DNA of 64,000 nucleotides, from NCBI GenBank assembly GCA_041661265.1, contig JBAZUT010000002.1, forward strand, positions 12,316 through 76,315, in the 5' to 3' direction. This DNA comes from Minisyncoccota bacterium. Lineage in GTDB: Bacteria; Patescibacteriota; Minisyncoccia; JAHIHE01; JAGLIN01. A program made the translations under genes and the position numbers. This document shows positions 1 to 7,939 of this stretch, piece by piece (the stretch's first letter is position 1; the number at the start of each line of letters is the position of its first letter). The notes under the pieces were generated by a model. That model had not been told where the DNA came from. It searched no databases and saw nothing but the letters and a program-made list of their open reading frames with translations.

Positions 1-2
1 AT

Positions 3-596
3 CAACCACCTCAACAATACAAAAATAAAAAATATTAAAATAGTTGCGTTGAGTGATGCATGATAATAAAGTGCCGTAAACAAGACCAAAAAAGACCAGA
101 AAAAAGCAACGTAATAATTCTTAAAACCTATATAATTCCTCGTCTTATTTTTAAAATATTCAGAATACATTATACCTGAAAATAGTAACAACAATCCAGC
201 ACTTGAAGAAACAACGTCATTGAAACTTATCAATATAGCCACTGTAACAATGATATAAAATATAATAATAGCTAAAAAATAATTACGATACTTACTTAAG
301 TGCATATTTCTGTTTGGATTTGAAATGTTATCGCTCTCATATTCTTTAATTCGATTATAGAAATATACAGTTTGTGCAATGAGATAAACAGATGTAATAA
401 ATTTAATATCAAAATAAAAGTTGTTTAACATCATAACAGATGCAACAATTCCTACAGCCCCCAACGACAACAAATGCCCGCCATAAACAAATTCGTCACG
501 AAAAAACCTCGAAACATTGATCGTTTTCATTTCTTTAATGCTTACAATAAAAAAACCCAAACAAATTGAGTTAAATAAAACACGGTTTCCGAACAT
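3..596 (-). CDS. Integral membrane protein, N-terminal ~198 codons (gene runs off the window start); possible UbiA-like prenyltransferase
   Basis: Hand translation of the minus strand from the ATG at 594-596 gives an uninterrupted reading frame to the window edge (MFGNRVLFNSICLGFFIVSIKEM...). The sequence is rich in hydrophobic TM segments. It is absent from the ORF track, probably because no stop codon lies inside the window. It has a weak N-x3-E-x3-D motif resembling the UbiA Asp-rich motif. Confidence 0.4.
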   Translation of the reverse strand, partial: MFGNRVLFNSICLGFFIVSIKEMKTINVSRFFRDEFVYGGHLLSLGAVGIVASVMMLNNFYFDIKFITSVYLIAQTVYFYNRIKEYESDNISNPNRNMHLSKYRNYFLAIIIFYIIVTVAILISFNDVVSSSAGLLLLFSGIMYSEYFKNKTRNYIGFKNYYVAFFWSFLVLFTALYYHASLNATILIFFIFVLLRWL

Positions 597-900
597 CGTT
601 TAAAGATACTCGAATCCTATAATAATTATTGGTTATTTTTTCTGTTTTTAGCATAATTGCGCTTGATTTTGGATCAAATCGTTCTTTTTGTTTTAACTCT
701 ACCATTATAACACAAAATCACGAAAAACAAAATAATTTGATGCTCAGTCGAGGTTCAGTCTCCTTACCCGAGGCCTGACCTTGATTTTAGCTCATTGCAG
801 ATTTAACAAAACAAACTGAAGCTCAAACGCGAACATACTGTGATACATCAATATGTCACAGCGTTGAGTAATCGGAGATGAACCAATCCTATAGAAATCA

Positions 901-945
901 TCCTAAAGCTTCGTTTTAGGAATTTCCTAAAACGAAGCTTTAGGA
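901..945. repeat. Perfect 21-bp inverted repeat with 3-nt spacer (tcctaaagcttcgttttagga-att-tcctaaaacgaagctttagga)
   Basis: Read directly in the sequence. No adjacent T-run, so not an obvious intrinsic terminator. Confidence 0.7.
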
Positions 946-1093
946 ATGACTCGGCTGCAAACTCAGACTTTAATGTCTTTCATTTCGATATTATAGAATA
1001 GAATCGTGTAAAAAATGCTGTAATTTATCTGCCTAGAAGACATCCGACGTCTAAAAACATTAACAGAGCTCATCCGAGGTCTCACCTCGACAA

Positions 1094-2824
1094 TTATTGA
1101 GATATATCAAGATATAATATATCGCATGATTTTCTGCCGCAATTTTCTTTGCACTTGGGAACAAGCAGATCTTTTGACATTCCGGTTTCACATGCATTTT
1201 CACAATAATCAGCTTGCTTTTCACAATCTTTCTCCTGTCTTTCTTGATATTGTTTCGCATAGTTTTCAATGTCATCGGAATGTTTCATCAAAGCCATTTC
1301 CGCTTTCATTTTTGAATAATTGAACGATCTCCAATCATTGTGTTTGTTTGCGTCTTCGATCAATTTTACGATCGGCCTATATTCACATTCGGATTTGCCA
1401 TAAGGCGGATATTTGCAGATGTGATTGAAATTAAAATTATATCTTCCATATAGGCTTATGGCGATTTCCTGCTTTGCCTCCTCCTTTGCAGCTGAGTCGA
1501 ATATCTTCACGATCTCAGGGATCGCATCTTGCGATAATGAAGTGATATAATTATAATCGACTTCTTTGCCCAGATCCAATCTCGCCACATTTGTTTTTGC
1601 GATAAACGAATCGGGATTGAGGATGTTGATAAACAGCCACAACCCTGCGGTTATCCAAAACATGCTATGATAAACAAACGCGCGCTTTTTTTCGAAAAAT
1701 ACCCTGGCGAGGAAGACTAGAAAAAGACATAAAATCCAAAACAGAAACATGATGACGATAAACCTCGGAAACGTCAGGCCATACCCGTCGACATAAAGTG
1801 CAAAACGCCTATATGCAGAAAATATGATTATCAGAATTTCAGAAACTATGACGGTCTCGGAGATCTTGAAGACCTTGATCTGCTTTGCGCTTTCCCTCTT
1901 CGCCGATCTTTCCAATGCATAGATCATCAAAAAGGAAACGGCCGAAACCAGAACGAGCTCGAAAAAACCTTTTCTTGCATAACTGGAATATGTGATCGTT
2001 TCGGTCAATCCCCAGACATAATCCCTGCCTCCGAAAAGATAAAAGAACTGGAAAATGATAAAAGCCAGAAAAAGCGCCTCCACAAGCGTCAGCACTGTCA
2101 GAGATTCAATAAAGCCCAGAGTCCTGTTTTCTTTTTCCTCCGCAGACAAGCTCTCGCTTTTTTCACCTGTGGCTATTCTCGCAAATACTCCTGCGAAAAA
2201 ACACGCTGCGACAAAAACAATAAGCAAGTGGAGAATTGACGTCAGATCAAGATCCACCCGTCCTATTTTCGACATATATGCCTGGATCACCGCATCAGAA
2301 GAATAAAGCAGCCATCCCAATATGACGAGGAACGGGATTGCGATCACGATGCCGCGAAAAATCCCAAAAAAACGGTTCGATCCGCGTTTGTTCTCTTTGT
2401 TCATGAATAGGAAATTCTTGGCAACATATTTTTCCGCTGCAACAAACGATCCCAGGATAGAAAACAACGGAAACAAAATATAATCCAATAATTTGAAATT
2501 ACTGAACCCGCTTTTGAAAAATATCGCAAACAGCAGAGAAAAGAGATAAAGAACTGCGGCAACATCAAAAAGAATCAAAAATCCGCTCAATCTCGAAATT
2601 ATTGCGAAAGAAAACAGTATAATAAAGCTTACGATCAGTATCCGGTTCATTTCCGGCTTTATCTTGAATTCGAAAACCAGGACCAACAAGGAAAAGATCA
2701 CTGCCAGATTGAAAATAAAGAATGCTATCCCGCTCGTTTTTTTAAATAACAGATAATCTGTGAGAATCCCCAAAGCTAAAGCAAGGATCGCGATGAGAAC
2801 AGCTTTGTATTTTTCGCTTGGCAT
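1094..2824 (-). CDS. Polytopic integral membrane protein (576 aa) with C-terminal Cys-rich soluble domain; function unknown
   Basis: Long ORF with many hydrophobic helices in the N-terminal 400 aa. The C-terminal ~120 aa is cysteine-rich (CKYPPYGKSECEY...CEKQADYCENACETG...CKENCGRKSC). Confidence 0.6.
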   Translation of the reverse strand: MPSEKYKAVLIAILALALGILTDYLLFKKTSGIAFFIFNLAVIFSLLVLVFEFKIKPEMNRILIVSFIILFSFAIISRLSGFLILFDVAAVLYLFSLLFAIFFKSGFSNFKLLDYILFPLFSILGSFVAAEKYVAKNFLFMNKENKRGSNRFFGIFRGIVIAIPFLVILGWLLYSSDAVIQAYMSKIGRVDLDLTSILHLLIVFVAACFFAGVFARIATGEKSESLSAEEKENRTLGFIESLTVLTLVEALFLAFIIFQFFYLFGGRDYVWGLTETITYSSYARKGFFELVLVSAVSFLMIYALERSAKRESAKQIKVFKISETVIVSEILIIIFSAYRRFALYVDGYGLTFPRFIVIMFLFWILCLFLVFLARVFFEKKRAFVYHSMFWITAGLWLFINILNPDSFIAKTNVARLDLGKEVDYNYITSLSQDAIPEIVKIFDSAAKEEAKQEIAISLYGRYNFNFNHICKYPPYGKSECEYRPIVKLIEDANKHNDWRSFNYSKMKAEMALMKHSDDIENYAKQYQERQEKDCEKQADYCENACETGMSKDLLVPKCKENCGRKSCDILYLDISQ

Positions 2825-2940
2825 ATGATTATCGTTATAAGTTAAACCCGTGTATTACATTCTAGCACAAGACGCACATTTCTCAAGTAAGTTGCCGCTG
2901 ACAGCCCGCCTCGATCTCTGCGTCATATGGTCATCAGCAT

Positions 2941-2975
2941 AAAAACACCCTATCCGTGGACAGGGTGTTTTTATA
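2941..2975 (-). terminator. Rho-independent terminator downstream of rpsG (bidirectional hairpin with flanking A- and T-runs)
   Basis: aaaaaCACCCTatccgtggacAGGGTGttttt lies 18 bp after the rpsG stop. A GC-rich stem is followed by a T-run on the minus strand. Confidence 0.6.
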
Positions 2976-2992
2976 ATATTCCGAAATTGATA

Positions 2993-3460
2993 TTATGCAA
3001 AGTGTGCAAATGCTCTGTTCGCTTCGGCCATCTTCTGCACATCGTCTCTTTTCTTCATTGCAGAACCTGTGCCGTTCATGATCTCAAGCATTTCTTCGGC
3101 GATCTTTTTTGCCATAGGCTTTCCTTTTCTTGCATCGGCCGCGGTCACGATCCATCTGAATGCGAGCTGGATCCTTCTGTCTCCCCTGACTTCCATCGGA
3201 ACCTGATATGTTGCGCCTCCGATCCTTTTCGATTTCACTTCAAGTATCGGAGCGACTTTGTTGATCGCGCTCTCAAATGTCTCAAGGGGTTCTTTTTTCG
3301 TCTTTTCCTTGATCGCTTCAAGGCATCCATAGACCACCCTTGTGGCAATGCTCTTTTTGCCTTCTTTGGTGATATAGTTGATGAGCCTGGAGACCAGCAT
3401 GCTGTTATATTTTGAATCAGGCCTTATGCCTCTGTCTATTCTTTTTTTTCTTCGTCCCAT
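2993..3460 (-). CDS. rpsG: 30S ribosomal protein S7
   Basis: 155-aa ORF with the typical S7 sequence (MGRRKKRIDRGIRPDSKYNS...VPMEVRGDRR...). It follows rpsL as in the str operon. Confidence 0.95.
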   Translation of the reverse strand: MGRRKKRIDRGIRPDSKYNSMLVSRLINYITKEGKKSIATRVVYGCLEAIKEKTKKEPLETFESAINKVAPILEVKSKRIGGATYQVPMEVRGDRRIQLAFRWIVTAADARKGKPMAKKIAEEMLEIMNGTGSAMKKRDDVQKMAEANRAFAHFA

Positions 3461-3490
3461 AGTTTTTAAAGTTTAGAAATTGATTTTAAA

Positions 3491-3910
3491 TTATTGTTTG
3501 GGCTTCTTCATGCCGTACTTGCTTCTTTCCTGTCTTCTTCCTTCAACGCCGGTCGCATCCAGAACGCCTCGGACGATGTGATATCTCACGCCCGGAAGAT
3601 CTTTCACTCTTCCGCCCCTGATCACAACCACAGAGTGTTCCTGGAGGGTGTGTCCGATTCCCGGAATGTAGGCGGTAACCTCGACGCCATTCGTAAGCTT
3701 AACCCTTGCGATCTTTCGGAGGGCCGAATTCGGTTTCTTCGGGGTCATTGTTCCAACCTTCACGCAAACGCCTCGTTTGAAAGGATTGCCTTTCTTGCTG
3801 ATCGAAGGTTTGTTCTGTATATAATTAAAATTCTTCTGTAGCGCCGGAGTCTTTGATTTTCTGCGCACTTTCTTCCTCGGATGCCTAATCAATTGTTGTA
3901 TTGTTGACAT
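3491..3910 (-). CDS. rpsL: 30S ribosomal protein S12
   Basis: 139-aa ORF with the hallmark S12 sequence (...[58 protein letters not shown]...). Confidence 0.95.
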   Translation of the reverse strand: MSTIQQLIRHPRKKVRRKSKTPALQKNFNYIQNKPSISKKGNPFKRGVCVKVGTMTPKKPNSALRKIARVKLTNGVEVTAYIPGIGHTLQEHSVVVIRGGRVKDLPGVRYHIVRGVLDATGVEGRRQERSKYGMKKPKQ

Positions 3911-4102
3911 TTGATCTTGAATTAAATTTATTTAAGCTTATCCCAAAAATCGATTTTAAGTCAGAATGGATTTTCCGGATAGGTTCCGCATAAAGCATTT
4001 AAAATAACACAAAAGCAATATCGCTTTGTGGTATATTTGCCAAATTATGCTGTAATTACTACAGAATCAGCTTACCAAAGAATACCGATTATGTCAAGAA
4101 TC

Positions 4103-4762
4103 CTATGAACTCAGAATTACGAATAGAAGATCATGGCTTCCGGTGACAAACGCAAACAAATAAACCAACATGGGGACCACGATATAGTCAAACCCGAACA
4201 AGATGAAGGCGAAGAGAAGCAGCACATAATTTCTCTCCAGAAACTCCCTCACTTCATGCATTGAATATGGCATCAAATGAAAAAGTATTTTCGAACCGTC
4301 AAGAGGAGGGATGGGCATGAGATTAAAAAGCGCGAGAAGAATGTTATAGAGCACTATCACGCCGAAAAGCATCACGAACTTGTCATTGACCGCCGCGCCT
4401 TGAAGCAGGAATATCTTTATCACTATCCCGAAAATGAGGGCGATCAGAAGATTCGAACCGGGCCCCGCAAGCCCCACCAGCGCCGGACCGTTTTTCTGGT
4501 CTTTCAGGTTGTATGGATTATATGGAACCGGCTTCGCCCACCCCACCATAAAGCCCGTAGTGGCAAGAAGCAAGATGGGAACAACGACCGAACCCATCGG
4601 ATCAAGATGCGCGAGCGGGTTCAGGGTGAGCCTGCCCATATATCTGGCAGTCGGATCCCCAAGTTTGTCCGCCATCCAGCCATGCGCATATTCATGGATC
4701 ACTGCGGAAAAAATAAGCACGATTATTGAAAATATCTGAAGAGTCTCATTCATACTTGCCAA
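4103..4762 (-). CDS. Site-2 protease family (peptidase M50) membrane metalloprotease
   Basis: HEYAHG (HExxH) motif lies in a TM helix. The NLMPIPPLDG motif is typical of M50 proteases. Multiple TM helices. Confidence 0.8.
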   Translation of the reverse strand: MASMNETLQIFSIIVLIFSAVIHEYAHGWMADKLGDPTARYMGRLTLNPLAHLDPMGSVVVPILLLATTGFMVGWAKPVPYNPYNLKDQKNGPALVGLAGPGSNLLIALIFGIVIKIFLLQGAAVNDKFVMLFGVIVLYNILLALFNLMPIPPLDGSKILFHLMPYSMHEVREFLERNYVLLLFAFILFGFDYIVVPMLVYLFAFVTGSHDLLFVILSS

Positions 4763-4822
4763 AATTAATTATTTAGTATAATATACATACGTTGTTAACA
4801 AACTATTTTAATTATCACCTAT

Positions 4823-5002
4823 ATGAGCAGAGCATGTCAAGTTTGCGGCCGGGGCACAAGATCCAGCCAGTCAAGAAGCCATTCGAATATCGCAACAAAG
4901 AGAAAGCAATTCATCAATGTCCAAAAAAGAAGCATCGATGGCGAAACGATCAAGATCTGCACGAAATGCCTGAAAACAAAGTCAAAGAACAAGCTGCAAT
5001 AA
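4823..5002 (+). CDS. rpmB: 50S ribosomal protein L28 (59 aa), missed by the ORF track (<60 aa)
   Basis: Hand translation gives MSRACQVCGRGTRSSQSRSHSNIATKRKQFINVQKRSIDGETIKICTKCLKTKSKNKLQ. The L28 signatures (M-S-x-x-C-x-x-C-G-K/R, SHSN, TKR) are present. The overlapping 83-aa ORF 4792..5043 is in the wrong frame. Confidence 0.8.
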   Translation: MSRACQVCGRGTRSSQSRSHSNIATKRKQFINVQKRSIDGETIKICTKCLKTKSKNKLQ

Positions 5003-5074
5003 ATATTTCGGTTTTAACATTGCATAAAAAACAGGTTGAATAGGCCTGCTTTTTTATTGACGACTTTATTGCCG

Positions 5075-5347
5075 CTATTTTTTGCCGAAATGTCTTTCAG
5101 CCTCATCCTCCATCTTCTCCAGACGCGTATAATAGTCCGGATATTCATTGAGATGAGCAAGCGCTATCTTCCCTGTCAGGACCGGGTCATCATCTGTGAC
5201 ATTGGTGCTCGGATCGACAAGGCCGTGTTCAAGCTCGACATCCATGCCCATTCTGAATTGCTCGACGTCGAACTTATCCCATTTTATCCCGATGGACCTC
5301 CCCACTCTTTCCGCCTCGTCAATAGAGAAATGTTTCTTCTCGCTCAT
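5075..5347 (-). CDS. Small acidic conserved hypothetical protein (90 aa)
   Basis: Intact ORF with a plausible start and a GMDVELEHG motif. No family recognised. Confidence 0.5.
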   Translation of the reverse strand: MSEKKHFSIDEAERVGRSIGIKWDKFDVEQFRMGMDVELEHGLVDPSTNVTDDDPVLTGKIALAHLNEYPDYYTRLEKMEDEAERHFGKK

Positions 5348-5484
5348 GATTTTGTATTAATTGCTAAATATTCTGAAATATGAACTGCATCAAGGCCTAT
5401 CATTCTATCTGCGGGCAGTTATATCTTCTAGTACAAAGCGACCGGCATATTAATTGCATCAAGTTGGATCATAGATATATCCCT

Positions 5485-5757
5485 TCACCCCGGCTGAAGG
5501 TCTTTTGCGTCTTTGACGTCCGATTCGGATTCAGAAGCATCCGGAATTGTTTCGATATATGAACTTGCATCGGTCGTGTTTCCATTTTCACCTCCCACAA
5601 TGACATCACTTGAGTCCGGATCATCATTTCTGCCATTTGTGATATCCACGCTCTCCGGCGACAACACGACATCCGTCTGCGTCATCCAAAAGCCTATGCA
5701 AACCGCAAAAGCGACCACAACCATAATAAAAACAAAAATGATCCTTTTTATCGACAT
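5485..5757 (-). CDS. Small membrane-anchored or secreted protein with acidic Ser/Asp-rich tail
   Basis: N-terminal hydrophobic helix (IIFVFIMVVVAFAVCIGFW) is followed by a low-complexity acidic region. Confidence 0.4.
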   Translation of the reverse strand: MSIKRIIFVFIMVVVAFAVCIGFWMTQTDVVLSPESVDITNGRNDDPDSSDVIVGGENGNTTDASSYIETIPDASESESDVKDAKDLQPG

Positions 5758-5795
5758 GCGTTTAATTAGTTTCTGTTGAAATGGTGGTATAATAT

Positions 5796-5836
5796 GTCAT
5801 TGCGAGGATCCGTCAGCTGACGGAGACGAAGCAATC
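5796..5836. repeat. Hairpin repeat, subfamily GTCATTGCGAG...GAAGCAATC with internal palindrome gatccgtcagctgacggag
   Basis: Seen in the sequence. The conserved ends are shared with the copy at 17724..17766. Confidence 0.7.
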
Positions 5837-6039
5837 CCAAAACCAAGCCAAAAAAACTGTATAATAAAATATAATTTGAATAGTATAGGGATTGCCACGG
5901 TTCTACTGAGCATCGCAATACCCGAAATCGCTACTATTTCATCGGGAACTAATTATGATCAGTGAACGCTTATAATCCCTTATGTATATTATATCACGCT
6001 TTCCGGTTTATTATTAATATCGATATCCACCGGCAATTC

Positions 6040-6185
6040 CTCTCTTGCCCTCCCCACGTATGCGGGGAGAGGGGCAAGGCGTGCGTCAATTTGCATTGAA
6101 TCTGTAGGGGCTGAAAATTTTCAGCTCCTATATATAGATTCCCCTCTTGAGAGGGGTGGGGGGTGGGGGGTGTGTGAATTATATA
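6040..6185. repeat. Cluster of GC-rich palindromes (REP-like), immediately 3' of the IS200/RayT-like transposase gene
   Basis: The palindromes include cccctctccccgcatacgtggggagggc, gctgaaaattttcagc and tcccctcttgagagggg followed by gggggtgggggg-tgtgtg. The last motif recurs at 16928-16966 and, interrupted, at 15488-15510. Confidence 0.55.
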
Positions 6186-6301
6186 TATCAGACAATTACA
6201 TATATCACTATCATAATTCATATTATCATAGTGCTCGAATTGTCTTACCTCAAAATAAAAAGAGGAATAATTATCTTTTAAAACGGGGTAAAGTCTTAAC
6301 A

Positions 6302-7237
6302 TTACACATTCCTGCAATAGTGTTCGATCTTCTCTAGCAATCTTTTAATATCCTTATCTTTTTGAGCCTCTTTGTTTAATCTACTAACCATCACGGCAAC
6401 AGCAGAGTAAGAAGGGCTTCCCAGAATCTCCCCTATCTCCTTAAGTCTTAGAGATGAATAACGCTTAAGCGCATAGGCAGTAAGTTTCTTCCTCATTTTT
6501 GTGTCCTGCGTAAGTTTTTCAAGATAATATTGCAATTCATTAAGTGAGAGCTGCTTTTGCGCTTTGGCAAGGCTTGGAATCTCGTGGTCTTTCTTTCCTC
6601 TAAGATAAGTCTCTTGGATATGGGAAATAAATTTGGAAGTTCCTAGGATAAATCCCTGGTAAGATTCTTTTTCCGGTGTCCACTCCTGGGCTAGGCCCTG
6701 CAGAGTAAAATGCTTAAATGATTTAATGGCCTTGGCTGAAGATTTATCAAATTGGGATAAAAGCCATTTGTTGTTTAAAAATTCAGGAACCTTCGCCTTC
6801 TTAATAAAGGACGCATAACTGGACCATCGATAACTTTCAGGCTTTTCCACTATTTTAGCCCTGACTGGATTTAGATGGATATATCTGGAAAGCTCCAAAG
6901 AGTAGCTATCCTTATCAACCACAACGGCTTTATACCGCCCCTGCATTAAGGGGCCCGCTCTATGATATCTATGATTGAAGGTTTGTGTATAAATACCATT
7001 TATTTGCCTCATGATCTTTGAAAGATTTGCGTAGGGGGTTTCCGCATACAAATGATAATGGTTAGGCATGAGGCAATAGCTATGGACAATTAAGCCATAT
7101 TTTAGATGCATTTGATCCAACAGGGAAAGAAAATACTGATAATCTTTTGGAGATTTAAAAATTTCCCGACGTTCCAGTCCTCGGTTGATTATGTGATAAA
7201 ATGCTCCTGGATATTCTATTCTAAGTGGTCTTGACAT
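6302..7237 (-). CDS. IS200/IS605-family HUH (Y1) transposase, RayT-like, with extended C-terminal HTH-like domain (311 aa)
   Basis: HUH motif MPNHYHLY and the conserved N-terminal YHIINRG are present. The protein is about twice the length of canonical IS200 TnpA. Its C-terminus (LKEIGEILGSPSYSAVAVMVSRL) resembles a DnaA-C/sigma-like HTH. Confidence 0.75.
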   Translation of the reverse strand: MSRPLRIEYPGAFYHIINRGLERREIFKSPKDYQYFLSLLDQMHLKYGLIVHSYCLMPNHYHLYAETPYANLSKIMRQINGIYTQTFNHRYHRAGPLMQGRYKAVVVDKDSYSLELSRYIHLNPVRAKIVEKPESYRWSSYASFIKKAKVPEFLNNKWLLSQFDKSSAKAIKSFKHFTLQGLAQEWTPEKESYQGFILGTSKFISHIQETYLRGKKDHEIPSLAKAQKQLSLNELQYYLEKLTQDTKMRKKLTAYALKRYSSLRLKEIGEILGSPSYSAVAVMVSRLNKEAQKDKDIKRLLEKIEHYCRNV

Positions 7238-7329
7238 ATTTCAATCTTAACAAATATCTTGTCGAATGTTAAGACTTGACCCCGTGAGTACTATTTTCTA
7301 CAGAGCATACCTGACACCTTTTCTTTCGC

Positions 7330-7382
7330 CTGAAACGGACAAAAGATTCCCATTGTCATCATAAGCATAATTTGCTGAACCG
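7330..7382. repeat. ~53-bp fragment nearly identical to an internal YD-repeat-coding segment of the rhs gene (9110-9165)
   Basis: cctgaaAcggAcaaaagattcccattgtcatcataagcAtaatttgctgaacc matches the intragenic sequence at 9110-9165 with 3 mismatches. Confidence 0.65.
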
Positions 7383-7499
7383 AAGTGCCGTCAACACTTA
7401 ACTATTCGCCTATTCCCTCCACCGGCGGGCAGGCGCGCGAATTAGAGATGGGTGTCTTGTTCAATGTCTCTGACTTGAACCAACCTGAGTCAATATGGT

Positions 7500-7931
7500 T
7501 TATTTAGAACACAAATATTTCGCATTCACTTCTTCCAAATCTTTAAGTAATTGGTCAAAGTTTATATCTAACTTTTTCTTTTCTAATTTTTTTCTGACAT
7601 CAAGAACAGCCTGTTTTGTAGTGTCGGCCAAAAGCTGTTTTTTCTGCTGATCCGACAAAGCAAGAAAATCTTCAGCCTTAACCCTAACGACCACACCGAT
7701 ATCGTTATTTTTTTTTGAATAATTTAAAACTTCTGGTTTAATTTCCTCATATTTACGAAATTTTCCAGAAATCCTATACCTAATGAGCAAAAGCTCTAAT
7801 CCCTTGCCATAATGCTTATTTCTTATATATTTTTTAATATATATATTTTTATATTCATCTATATACTTATCAAATATATTTCCAATTTCTGGACCCCATG
7901 TTTCAATAAAATATCCGATCATATTTAGCAA
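7500..7931 (-). CDS. Putative immunity protein for the upstream RHS C-terminal toxin tip (143 aa)
   Basis: Small ORF starting 9 bp after the rhs stop on the same strand, the canonical toxin-immunity position. The assignment rests on position only and no family was recognised. Confidence 0.5.
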   Translation of the reverse strand: MLNMIGYFIETWGPEIGNIFDKYIDEYKNIYIKKYIRNKHYGKGLELLLIRYRISGKFRKYEEIKPEVLNYSKKNNDIGVVVRVKAEDFLALSDQQKKQLLADTTKQAVLDVRKKLEKKKLDINFDQLLKDLEEVNAKYLCSK

Positions 7932-7939
7932 ATTAATAT

